A stretch of 53,982 nt of DNA from Anaerolineae bacterium. GTDB taxonomy: Bacteria > Chloroflexota > Anaerolineae > Anaerolineales > RBG-16-64-43. The translations under genes and the position numbers were made by a program. The DNA lies in assembly GCA_003141675.1 (NCBI GenBank), contig PLND01000053.1:6153-60134 (forward strand). Direction: 5' to 3'. The notes beneath the pieces are model-generated. The model ran no database searches and had not been told where the DNA came from. It was given only the letters and a program-made list of their open reading frames with translations. Of the stretch, positions 28,992 through 38,052 are shown one piece after another; position 1 is the stretch's first letter; the number at the start of each line of letters is the position of its first letter.

Positions 28992-29235
28992 AAAAAAATT
29001 TCGCCCCATCACAGGGGCGAGAGAGTTCGCGGTTCCACCCAAATTCCCCCGGAAGAGAACACTCCGAGGCTCTTGCAGCCGCTAACGGGGCTGAGCCGTT
29101 CTCCATACTCGGCGGTAGTTCGCCTTTCCGGTTCAAGCCGCCGGGGGGTTTTCGGTTGACTTGGATTGTGGGGCTTGCACCGCGTCCCCGCTCGCTGAAA
29201 TCCGCTGACAACTTACTCGTCCCGACGATTGCCTT
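28992..29235 (-). promoter_or_regulatory. T-box riboswitch (Thr) upstream of thrS
   Basis: Minus strand: AGTA/AGCGAG stem-I elements, GAAA-ACC specifier, T-box TGGGTGGAACCGCG, terminator CGCCCC-TGTGAT-GGGGCG followed by a T tract. Confidence 0.88.
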
Positions 29236-29271
29236 GGGTATGAACCCCGGTCGAGATCCGAACCGGGGAGG

Positions 29272-29345
29272 TGGGCGGTATAGGGCTCGAACCTACGACC
29301 TCACGGATGTCAACCGTGTGCTCTAACCAACTGAGCTAACCGCCC
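29272..29345 (-). tRNA. tRNA-Val(GAC)
   Basis: GGGCGGTTAGCTCAGTTGGTTAGAGC-ACACGG-TTGACAT-CCGTG...GGTTCGAGCCC...CCGCCCA cloverleaf; 3' CCA not encoded (CCT). Confidence 0.95.
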
Positions 29346-29442
29346 AAGCGACGGGGATTTTACCGGATTTTGATCCTCCCCGCCAGAGGAATTTGGGCCG
29401 GCTGCTTCAGCATGAACTGCCGGCCCAAAATCGTCGAATACG

Positions 29443-30285
29443 CTAGGGGGTAATCGTGATGCTCTTGATTAAATCATTCAACATCAGGATCGACGGGTTG
29501 AAACTTGCCGGTTGTACGGAGTTCAATTGGCTGGTCATTTGCGCGTAGTACGGGTCGGGGTTGCTGTATAAGTCCGCGGGCGGATTGTCCCCGTTCTCTG
29601 GCAGACTGGGATGCGAGATGGGAAGAATGATCGAAATCCAATACTTCCCGTCGGACGTAAGCCCCTGGTAGGAGAAGAACATCTCGTGATTGTTTACCGG
29701 GTAATATGCCTGGGCGTACTCGGTCACGATGTGGTAACCGCTTCCGTTGGTAAACGCAACAATGTTGTACCGCGCGAAGAACAGTTGGCGCGCATATTGG
29801 ATCGGCAGCAGCGGAAGATCGTTGCTGCCGGGAGCCCCGCCAGCGATCATGGCTTGCAGGGCGGTCACATCCGCGTTGATGGCGTCCGGCAGAAGCTGGC
29901 TGAACGGTTCCACGGGGAAGACTGAGATGACCGGTTTCATAAACCGGTCGGAAAGGATGTACCCCTGTAGCGAGACTTTCGTGTATTGCGGGTTGGTGCC
30001 AATACCCGTCGGGCTTATGAACTGGGGTGTGGTTTCGCACTGAATGCTCGTCGCAAGAGTGGGATCCAGATAAAAAGAAAGCTCGTTACAGGAAACATTC
30101 GGTGCCGGCGTATCGGTTGCGGCTTCGGTGGCCGGCGCAGCGGAGGTATTGGTCGGCGTAAGAGGAATACCTTGTGTATCCGTTGCTCCCGGTTGGGAGG
30201 TTACGCCCTGGGTTACCGTTGTCGAAATGTTGCACCCTAAAAGGATAATCGCCAGGATGATAAGGCTTACTAGAAATCGTTTCAT
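29443..30285 (-). CDS. Hypothetical lipoprotein
   Basis: Lipobox LLGC, Thr/Pro-rich linker, AGGAGGAG RBS. Confidence 0.75.
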   Translation of the reverse strand: MKRFLVSLIILAIILLGCNISTTVTQGVTSQPGATDTQGIPLTPTNTSAAPATEAATDTPAPNVSCNELSFYLDPTLATSIQCETTPQFISPTGIGTNPQYTKVSLQGYILSDRFMKPVISVFPVEPFSQLLPDAINADVTALQAMIAGGAPGSNDLPLLPIQYARQLFFARYNIVAFTNGSGYHIVTEYAQAYYPVNNHEMFFSYQGLTSDGKYWISIILPISHPSLPENGDNPPADLYSNPDPYYAQMTSQLNSVQPASFNPSILMLNDLIKSITITP

Positions 30286-30385
30286 TGCTCCTCCTTAGAA
30301 CGAGGTCATTATACTTGGATTTGAAGGGGCGGAATGCGATGAGGCGGGCGCCCTGCGATGATATACTCGATGCGTAACGAGGCCG

Positions 30386-32545
30386 GTGTTGAAAACTCGG
30401 ATTGGTTTATTGTTGGTCCTGCCCCTCCTCTGGCTCGCTCCGCTCCTCGGCGGATTCGGGCAAATTCATAATTCGCCCGGCGCGGAGTTTTCAGATCTGA
30501 CCGTCACCCATTGGCCTAACGCCGAGTTTTTACGGCAATCGTTAATCCGATACGGCGAGATCCCAATGTGGAATCCACAAACGTTGGGTGGGACGCCCTT
30601 CGCGGCCGATCCGCTGTCGGGGATCTATTACCCGCCGCTATGGCTGGCGCTGGTGATTTCACCGCCGCTGGCTTTCAACATCCTCTTTCTTTTGCATTTG
30701 GCTTTTGCCGGGATTGGAGCGTTTCTGCTGGCACGCGACGAAGGCGCTTCGACCACCGGCGCACTGCTGGCGGGAATTGCTTTCGGCGGGTTGCCGAAGT
30801 TTGTCGCGCACGCGGCAGCCGGGCATCTGACCCTGGTACTGGCCGTATCCTGGACTCCATGGCTGTTGCTCGCCGCGCGCAGGGCTGCACGGACCGGGAG
30901 CTTGCGCGCATGGTCCTTCGCCGGTGTTATGGCCGGCGCCATGTTCCTCGCCGATCCACGCTGGGCGATTCCATCCGCTTTGGCCGCCCTCGGATATGCG
31001 ATCGTTTCCGCCGGAGACAACCCGGCGCGGGAATCGGCGCGTATCCGGATCATCGCCTGGGGGAAGAACTTTTTATTGTTCGGCGCGTTTGCCGCGGCGG
31101 TATCGGCCGTGCTCGCGTTGCCGATGGCCCAGTTCGTCTCGCTCTCCACGCGGGCGAATCTCTCGGGGACGGAAGCCGCCACTCAATCGCTGCCTTTCCT
31201 TTCGCTGCTTGGCTTGATATTCGGCGGAATAGGAACTTCGGTGGAATGGGAGGTATACCCGGGAGTCGTCGTGCTCGCGCTGGCGTTGTTCGCTTGCTTC
31301 CATATCGTTTTCCGCCCCCATGCTTCCGATAAAGGCCTGAAAAAAGCAGAGGGTGACGCAGGCGTCTTCTGGATCATTCTGCTGATTCTTGCGGTTTTCC
31401 TTTCCCTGGGTTCAAACATTCCGGGCTTTTCGGCCGTGATCGGCGCGATTCCCGGTGCTGGCCTGCTGCGCGTTCCTCCGCGCTGGATGTTCCTGGCCGG
31501 ACTGGCGCTCACGATGCTCGCCGCGCGTGGGATGACCGCGCTGGAATTGAAAACGGATCAAGGTGGTATCCTCAAGAAGATCGGTTTTGCGTTGGCATCG
31601 GGCGGCGCGGTTCTCGCGATCGCATCCTGGTTTATGAAATTGCCTCCGGCACTATGGCAGGATGGATTGATCTGGGGCGCGGCGGGCGTCATTCTCTTCG
31701 TCGGGTTCCTCTCGAGACGTTGGGCGTCTAGCGTGGGCGCCGCCCTGATCTGCCTGGCGATCTTGGATTTTGCGGTTGCCGATTTCCGTTTGATCGACCC
31801 GCACCCGGCCGTGGTCGAACCGCCCGGCGTCGAGGCGGCCTTGTCGTTCCTGCAAAAAAATACCGCAGGATACCGCGTCTACTCTCCCTCTTACAGCATC
31901 CCGGCTTTGGACTTCGTGAACGGCGATTTGCGTTCGCTGGATGGCGTCGATCCGCTGATGCTGCTCTCCACGGCGAGGGTGGTTTCGACAGCGGCGGGCG
32001 TTTCACGGCCGGGATATTCCGTCACGCTGCCCGCGTTTGCCACCGGCAGCCCGGTGATCGACAATCAGGACGCCATCCCCGACGCGCGCCTTTTAGGCCT
32101 TCTGAACGTGCGCTACATCGTTTCGGCGTTTGCGATCCCTGACGCCGCGCTGAACCTTCGTGAAAAAGTACTCGGCATTTTCCTGTATGAAAACCCGATG
32201 GCAATGCCGCGTGCATGGGTTGCAGAAACCCTCGATGATTGGGATCGGCCGGTCGGGAACCGCGCGGCGCGGGTGGAATCCGAAAGCCCGAACCGGTTGC
32301 GTCTGACCGCCGAAGGACCCGGATGGCTGATCTTCGCCGAGGCGGCTTATCCCGCCTGGCGTGCGACGGTGGACGGGAAAAGCGCGGCGGTACGCACCGC
32401 CGGCGGGTGGTGGCGTGCGGTCGAGCTTGGACCGGGAACGCACGAGGTGCAGATGAGCTATGATCCCGGATTGCCGTTGACCGGGGCGGCCGTGACGTTC
32501 TTCGCGCTGCTCTTGTTTTTCGGAGTGTGGCGATGGGCAAAGTGA
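30386..32545 (+). CDS. YfhO-family (GT-C-like) polytopic membrane protein
   Basis: GEIPMWNP...GTPFAADP...YYPP N-terminus; C-terminal YPAWRATVDG...HEVQMSYDP. Confidence 0.8.
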   Translation: MLKTRIGLLLVLPLLWLAPLLGGFGQIHNSPGAEFSDLTVTHWPNAEFLRQSLIRYGEIPMWNPQTLGGTPFAADPLSGIYYPPLWLALVISPPLAFNILFLLHLAFAGIGAFLLARDEGASTTGALLAGIAFGGLPKFVAHAAAGHLTLVLAVSWTPWLLLAARRAARTGSLRAWSFAGVMAGAMFLADPRWAIPSALAALGYAIVSAGDNPARESARIRIIAWGKNFLLFGAFAAAVSAVLALPMAQFVSLSTRANLSGTEAATQSLPFLSLLGLIFGGIGTSVEWEVYPGVVVLALALFACFHIVFRPHASDKGLKKAEGDAGVFWIILLILAVFLSLGSNIPGFSAVIGAIPGAGLLRVPPRWMFLAGLALTMLAARGMTALELKTDQGGILKKIGFALASGGAVLAIASWFMKLPPALWQDGLIWGAAGVILFVGFLSRRWASSVGAALICLAILDFAVADFRLIDPHPAVVEPPGVEAALSFLQKNTAGYRVYSPSYSIPALDFVNGDLRSLDGVDPLMLLSTARVVSTAAGVSRPGYSVTLPAFATGSPVIDNQDAIPDARLLGLLNVRYIVSAFAIPDAALNLREKVLGIFLYENPMAMPRAWVAETLDDWDRPVGNRAARVESESPNRLRLTAEGPGWLIFAEAAYPAWRATVDGKSAAVRTAGGWWRAVELGPGTHEVQMSYDPGLPLTGAAVTFFALLLFFGVWRWAK

Positions 32546-34113
32546 CGCGCGCCGAGTGGCGCTGGGCACTGGCTTTTGCGGTCGGCGTGATGGCGCTGCT
32601 CACGCTGCCCTATCTGATTGCATACCAATCGCAGGGAAGCGGACGGCGCTTCAGCGGCTCCCTGTTCGCCGTCGAAGACGGCAACTCCTACATCGCCGAT
32701 ATGCGCCAAGGCGCGGACGGCGCGTGGTTGTTCCGGGATCCCTACACCAGCGAACCGCAGAGCGGCACGCTGATCTACTTGCCGTATCTGCTGCTGGGCA
32801 AACTGGCGGGCGGTGCGGAAATGCACGGACAGCTGGTTGTCCTTTTCCGCTTGGCGAACATCTTGGCGGGGATCGCGATGATGCTGGCGGTCTATCGCTT
32901 CCTGGCATGCTTTCTCGAAAGCATCCCGCTGCGGCGCTGGGGAATGGCGGCGGCGGCCTTCGGAGGAGGTTTTGGCTGGCTCCTCGCCCTGCGTGGAGTC
33001 TATCCGATTGAATTCACCTCTCCCGAGGCGTTCGGCTTTCTTTCGATTTTTGGAATTCCGCATCTCGCCGCAGCCCGCGCGTTGCTGTTGCTCGCGCTGG
33101 CGTGGTTCCTTACGCCGCGTCCCGCAGCGGAGGTCGGCCGCCAGGGGGTGAAAATAGGCGTGGCGCTCATCGGGTTGTGGTTGTTCCAGCCGCTCACAGT
33201 GCTTGTCGCCTGGGCGGTGATGGCGGCGGCGGTCGCGCTCTCGTTCCTGAAAATGCGGATCCGGCGGACGGGGGACGGTGGGCCTGTACGGGACGGATTG
33301 ACGCGCGCTTCGATTGCAGTGGCGTTTACGATTCCGTTCGTCCTGTATTCCGCGCTGTCCTTCGCGCTCGATCCGATCCTGCGGCAATGGAACGCGCAGA
33401 ACGTGCTTCCCTCGCCTCCCTTCTGGCAGTACCTGCTTTCGTACGCCGTGCCGCTTCTGCCGGCGCTGGCGGGCGCGTACCTCGCCCTGCGCGAGGATGA
33501 CCGCTGGCTGCTGTTGATCGGGTGGGCGCTGATCTTTCCGGTCATGGTGTATCTGCCGGTGGGTGTTCAACGCCGGCTGGCGGAAGGGTTCTGGATTGTG
33601 CCGCTCATCCTGGCGCTCTTCTTTGTCGAAAGGAAAATGGCCGGCCTGGCCCGCAGAGCGGCGCTTGCCATCGCAATGGCGTTCATGCTTGCGGCGACCG
33701 CGCTTTTTCTAGGCTGGGCTTTGGAGCAATCCGCGTCTCCCCATGCGCCGGCGTTCCTGCCGTCGGAGGAGGTCCGCGCCTTCGATTGGCTGGATATAAA
33801 CGCCGAGCCGGGCACGGTGGTGCTCAGCGACTTCAACGCGGGAAATGCGCTTCCAGCCTATGCCGATCTGGTGTCCTACATCGGCCACGGTCCCGAAACG
33901 CTGAATGGCGTGCAAAAACAATCCATCGTCCAGGTTATCTTCGACGGTGCTCGTTCCGGCGAGGAGCGTTTGGCCGCGCTCCGGCAATCCGGCGCGCGCT
34001 ATGTGCTGGTCGGTCCGGAGGAAGGCGCACAATTGGGAACGGGAATTACCGGTTGCCGGCGAGTATACAATGCAGGCGGATGGGAAGTTTGGGAAATCTT
34101 GCCGGCGGATTAA
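32533..34113 (+). CDS. Polytopic membrane protein, probable GT-C-type glycosyltransferase
   Basis: EDGNSYIADMRQG loop after TM1, many TMs, C-terminal soluble WL...VVLS...GH..ET...YVLVG domain. Confidence 0.6.
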   Translation: MGKVTRAEWRWALAFAVGVMALLTLPYLIAYQSQGSGRRFSGSLFAVEDGNSYIADMRQGADGAWLFRDPYTSEPQSGTLIYLPYLLLGKLAGGAEMHGQLVVLFRLANILAGIAMMLAVYRFLACFLESIPLRRWGMAAAAFGGGFGWLLALRGVYPIEFTSPEAFGFLSIFGIPHLAAARALLLLALAWFLTPRPAAEVGRQGVKIGVALIGLWLFQPLTVLVAWAVMAAAVALSFLKMRIRRTGDGGPVRDGLTRASIAVAFTIPFVLYSALSFALDPILRQWNAQNVLPSPPFWQYLLSYAVPLLPALAGAYLALREDDRWLLLIGWALIFPVMVYLPVGVQRRLAEGFWIVPLILALFFVERKMAGLARRAALAIAMAFMLAATALFLGWALEQSASPHAPAFLPSEEVRAFDWLDINAEPGTVVLSDFNAGNALPAYADLVSYIGHGPETLNGVQKQSIVQVIFDGARSGEERLAALRQSGARYVLVGPEEGAQLGTGITGCRRVYNAGGWEVWEILPAD

Positions 34114-34117
34114 ATCC

Positions 34118-34197
34118 AACCACGGATTACACGGAAAAATATTAAAAATATTTTTCAATCCGTGAAATCCGTGGTTGGATCCGTGTAATCTGTGGTA
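34118..34197. repeat. CACGGATTACACGGA / TCCGTGTAATCTGTGG inverted short-repeat element
   Basis: Inverted blocks of ~9-nt tandem units; related elements at 41002-41092, 42500-42600, 43870-43960 and 45852-45970. Confidence 0.65.
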
Positions 34198-34226
34198 GAT
34201 GTTCTTCGCAATAAGAGGAGGCCGCA

Positions 34227-35210
34227 ATGCAATATCGGGAACTGGGACGTACCGGATGGAAAGTTTCCGCGGTCAGTTTCGGCGCGTGGGCAATCGGTGG
34301 CACCTGGGGGTCGGTTCAGGATTCCGAATCCCTCGCCGCGCTGAACCGCGCACTCGACCTGGGGGTCAATTTCTTCGACACCGCTGACGTGTACGGCGAC
34401 GGCCACAGCGAAAAACTGATGGCGCAATTGCGCCGCCAGCGGCGCGAACCTTTCTACGTGGCTACCAAAGCCGGCCGCCGGCTGGACCCGCATACCGCCG
34501 ACGGTTACAACCGCAAAAATTTAACCGCGTTCGTCGAGCGCAGCCTGAAGAACCTGGAAACCGAAGCCATCGACCTGCTGCAGCTGCACTGTCCGCCGAC
34601 GGACGTCTATTACCGGCCGGAGGTGTTCGGCGTGCTGGACGGCCTCGTGCAGGCGGGGAAGCTGCGGTATTACGGCGTGAGCGTGGAAAAGGTGGAGGAA
34701 GCGCTGAAGGCGATCGAGTTCCCCGGCGTGCAATCGGTGCAGATCATCTATAATATCTTCCGCCAGCGCCCGGCGGATCTCTTCTTCGAGCAGGCGCAAC
34801 GACGCAAGGTGGGGATCCTGGCGCGGGTGCCGCTCGCCTCGGGTATGCTCACCGGAAAATTCACGGCCTCCAGTACTTTCGAATCCGACGACCACCGCGC
34901 ATTCAACCGCCACGGCGAGGCGTTCGACCGCGGAGAGACCTTCGCCGGCCTGGATTACAACCTGGGATTGCAGGCGGTCGGGAACCTGAAACCGATTGTG
35001 CCCGCCGGGATGACCATGGCGCAAATGGCGCTGCTTTGGATTCTGATGTCTCCCGCCGTCACCTGCGCCATACCCGGTGCCAAACGGCCCGCGCAGGTGG
35101 AGGAAAACGCCGCGGCGGCCGATTTTCCGCCGCTCACCGCGTCCGCGATGGACCGGATCGGAGCGATCTATAACAGCCAAGTGAAACCGTTGGTGCATCC
35201 GTATTGGTAA
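34227..35210 (+). CDS. Aldo/keto reductase
   Basis: LGRTGWKVSAVSFG, FFDTADVYG, ATKAG, SLKNLETEAIDLLQLH and IPGAK motifs. Confidence 0.92.
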   Translation: MQYRELGRTGWKVSAVSFGAWAIGGTWGSVQDSESLAALNRALDLGVNFFDTADVYGDGHSEKLMAQLRRQRREPFYVATKAGRRLDPHTADGYNRKNLTAFVERSLKNLETEAIDLLQLHCPPTDVYYRPEVFGVLDGLVQAGKLRYYGVSVEKVEEALKAIEFPGVQSVQIIYNIFRQRPADLFFEQAQRRKVGILARVPLASGMLTGKFTASSTFESDDHRAFNRHGEAFDRGETFAGLDYNLGLQAVGNLKPIVPAGMTMAQMALLWILMSPAVTCAIPGAKRPAQVEENAAAADFPPLTASAMDRIGAIYNSQVKPLVHPYW

Positions 35211-35276
35211 GGGCCGGTTTTCATCGAACCGCGCGACCGTGTGGAAGTTATGATCCCCCGTTTTTAATTTAAAAAA

Positions 35277-35311
35277 ATTCCGCCGGATCCATTTATCGGA
35301 TCCGGCGGAAT
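35277..35311 (-). terminator. Intrinsic terminator
   Basis: ATTCCGCCGGATCC-loop-GGATCCGGCGGAAT with a T tract on the minus strand. Confidence 0.7.
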
Positions 35312-35352
35312 GCACCTGTCGATGGCAAGCTAGCGTGACTTCTACGCGCGGG

Positions 35353-36393
35353 TTATTTCACCAGCGGTAAGTTCTTCTCTTTCAACACCGCATTCAAAGC
35401 CGTCAAGTCGTTAATCCCGTCCAAGTTGGGTTGGGTTTTCAGGAACCCCGCCTCGTAAGCCGACTGGGCGGATTTGGCCAACGAGGCGCTGATCGGATCC
35501 CAGGTGGGTTTCATCCTGCCCCAGGCCATCGAGAGCACGTCGGAGGACAGCGCTTTGCCGGTGAGCTTTTGAATCTGAGCGTTCATCAAGGTCTGGGCGT
35601 CGCCGGGATTTTCCAATTCCCACTGCGTGATCTCCACGTGCGCGCGCAGCCAGGCTTTGACCGCATCCGGATGGGCTGCGAGGAATTTTGTATCGACGAT
35701 GATTAGCGCTGTGGTGAACTGGCCGCCGGTCTCCGTCCATAGATCCCGCTCGTCGACAAAGACCGTACCGCCGCCGTCAATCACCAGCCGGCTGGCCCAG
35801 GGTTCGGGAACCCATGCCCCGTCGATCTGCCCGAGGCGGAACAGGTCGAGGATCTGCGCGTTATCGGTCGGCACGACTTCGACGTTGCCGCCTTGTTCTT
35901 TGGTTTTCAGTCCGTGCTCGGCCAGGTAGCCGCGCAGTGCCACATCCTGGGTGTTCCCCAGTTGAGGAGTGGCCAGTTTCTTGCCCGCCAAATCCGCGGC
36001 GGATTTGATGTTCGCTGCGGGACGCACCACGAACGCCGCACCGCCGCTGGTGGCCCCGGCCACGACGCGCAACGCTTTGCCCTCGGATTGGGTGTACCCG
36101 TTGATGGCCGGATTGGGGCCGATGTACGAAAGATCGATCTGCCCGGCGAACAAGGCTTCGATCACGGAAGGCCCGGCGTTAAACACCGTGGTCTGGATTG
36201 TGACGTTGTCGCCCAATGCTTTTTGAAAATCCCCGCGGGCTATGCCGATGAGCGCCTGCGAGTGGGTGATGTTGGGGAAATATCCCACGCGCATGGCGAA
36301 TTTTACAGCCGGAGTGGACGGGGCGCTTTTGCAACCCGCCAGGAATAGGACAACCGCCGGCAGAAGGCTCCGGATGAGTATTTTCTTGTTCAT
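35353..36393 (-). CDS. Aliphatic sulfonate / NitT-TauT family ABC substrate-binding lipoprotein (SsuA-like)
   Basis: Lipobox LAGC; RVGYFPNITH, FNAGPSVIEAL, YIGPNP, TPQLGNTQD and WVPEPW motifs. Confidence 0.85.
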   Translation of the reverse strand: MNKKILIRSLLPAVVLFLAGCKSAPSTPAVKFAMRVGYFPNITHSQALIGIARGDFQKALGDNVTIQTTVFNAGPSVIEALFAGQIDLSYIGPNPAINGYTQSEGKALRVVAGATSGGAAFVVRPAANIKSAADLAGKKLATPQLGNTQDVALRGYLAEHGLKTKEQGGNVEVVPTDNAQILDLFRLGQIDGAWVPEPWASRLVIDGGGTVFVDERDLWTETGGQFTTALIIVDTKFLAAHPDAVKAWLRAHVEITQWELENPGDAQTLMNAQIQKLTGKALSSDVLSMAWGRMKPTWDPISASLAKSAQSAYEAGFLKTQPNLDGINDLTALNAVLKEKNLPLVK

Positions 36394-36416
36394 GTTTTGC
36401 TCCCTCATATTCCTCA

Positions 36417-36441
36417 ATACACGACAAACATAGTCGGGTTT
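36417..36441. promoter_or_regulatory. Possible Rrf2-family (IscR/CymR-like) operator
   Basis: ATACACGACAAACATAGTCGGGTTT matches 21/25 positions of the IscR type-1 consensus ATASYYGACTRWWWYAGTCRRSTAT (recalled); lies just downstream of a minus-strand TATAGT. Confidence 0.45.
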
Positions 36442-36677
36442 TACTATAAAAAATTATATCCCTATTCGTTTTTTTTGAAGATTATCAAGAAACTCAGTCG
36501 TTTTTCACCGGGTAAGTGGATGCCACGCTCGCCAGCGGAATTTATTTTGTTTTGCCGAAATGCGGTGGATCGGCGCAAGCGGACAGTTGAAATACCGAAC
36601 CGCCATAAAAAAGCGAGTGCGAGAAAACATGGCTTGTCGAGGAATTGCCGCACCGAAGGGTCAACATTGGGTTAATT

Positions 36678-36709
36678 AAAAAAATGCCCGGAGCCTTGGC
36701 TCCGGGCGT
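36678..36709 (-). terminator. Intrinsic terminator
   Basis: GCCCGGAGCC-TT-GGCTCCGGGC with a T tract on the minus strand. Confidence 0.65.
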
Positions 36710-36733
36710 GAATCTTTTTCAGCGACTTCAATC

Positions 36734-37885
36734 CTATTTTAACTTCACCCAATCGATGACCTGCGAATCGGCGGGCAAAGTGACCTGGTAAGGATTCCAT
36801 TCGCCGGTTTTAACCGCAAACACGCCGGACGTTGCAAGGAAAATCAGCGCTTCGCCGTCCGGACTCCAAACGGGGTGGTCACCATTGCCGATATGATGTT
36901 CCTCGCTGCCGTCGGGGCGCATCACCCACAAGGAAACTTTACCGTCCTGCGCGAGCTCGGTTTGGTTGGCCACGGCCAGCCACGTTCCGTCCGAGCTCCA
37001 TGCGAGGTGGTAATTGCCGACATCGCTTCCGCCGAGGACTGTGTAGCGATGCAGCAGCATTACCTGCAGCGTGTCCAGATCGAGCACCGCTACGCCGCTC
37101 CAACCGTTGCTGCCGGTTTGATCGCCGAAAAGTTGCCAGGCGATCTTGCGGCTGTCGGGAGACCAGGCGGGGTTGGTTGCGATCCGGTATTTTTCCGGAA
37201 ACGACTTCGGGAAGATCGGCATCATGCCGCCGGTGAAGTTGTAAACCCAGGGGATTCCGCCGCGGTCGTAAGCGATCGACTGGCCGTCGGGCGAAAGCGC
37301 GGCCGGAGAATTCGATCCGATCTCTTCGTCGATCACGAGGTAGTTCGTTCCGTCCGTTTTCACCGTCGCCGGATAGCCGGCTATGGGTTGAATGTCGTTT
37401 TTAAATTGGTAGTGAAATACAATGATCCCAGGTCGGGCGGGCCACCACTGGTAATCCGTTTCGACTTTATCGTTCGTCCGGGTTAGGTTGATATTTTTCC
37501 CCGTCCCGAGATCGGTCAGCCAAATGTCCCCGTTTTCACTGTACACCACCTGCTTCTGATCGGGGGATAACCTCGGATTGCTCTTGGTGCTGAGTTGTTT
37601 TGATTGACCATCGGCCTGTACGATCCATAATCCCAGGGATGCGGCGTCATTGCCTACCTTAATAAATACAAGCCCGGGTGTGGGGGCAGCGGGGGGAAGC
37701 GTCACCGCGGTGGTGGGAGTGGATGTAGGAAGAGCAGGTTGAGTGGGAGACGGTGTATTGGTGAAGGCAGCCGCTGGAGCGGTTGAAACGAGAAGTTCCG
37801 GCTTGGGGGTCGGCGTTCCCCCGCACGCGGAAAGCAGAGCCACGGCGACCGGGAGGAAAAGAAATAGACGCGGATTAAGGGGCAT
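36734..37885 (-). CDS. Lipoprotein with TolB-like PD40 repeats
   Basis: Lipobox LSAC, Pro/Thr linker, LSPDQ/LSPDG/WSPDS/WSSDG/WSPDG repeats; start MPLNP after GGAAGGAG. Confidence 0.8.
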   Translation of the reverse strand: MPLNPRLFLFLPVAVALLSACGGTPTPKPELLVSTAPAAAFTNTPSPTQPALPTSTPTTAVTLPPAAPTPGLVFIKVGNDAASLGLWIVQADGQSKQLSTKSNPRLSPDQKQVVYSENGDIWLTDLGTGKNINLTRTNDKVETDYQWWPARPGIIVFHYQFKNDIQPIAGYPATVKTDGTNYLVIDEEIGSNSPAALSPDGQSIAYDRGGIPWVYNFTGGMMPIFPKSFPEKYRIATNPAWSPDSRKIAWQLFGDQTGSNGWSGVAVLDLDTLQVMLLHRYTVLGGSDVGNYHLAWSSDGTWLAVANQTELAQDGKVSLWVMRPDGSEEHHIGNGDHPVWSPDGEALIFLATSGVFAVKTGEWNPYQVTLPADSQVIDWVKLK

Positions 37886-38052
37886 GGAAATCTCCTTCCC
37901 GATCGGCGGCGTCGGATACTTCCTTTCCGATTTCTCGCCAGCGCCGCATGCCGGGAACTTGGAAAGATTATATAACCAAAGCCATCCGGCGAGGAATCGG
38001 AATATGGTTCCGGGCGCTTGCCTGCCCCCTGGAAACAGGGTATACCAGACGT

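Noticed and set aside
29269-29445. tRNA-Val as the integration site of a genomic island
   Set aside because: No integrase, and no duplicated tRNA 3' end was noticed in the window.
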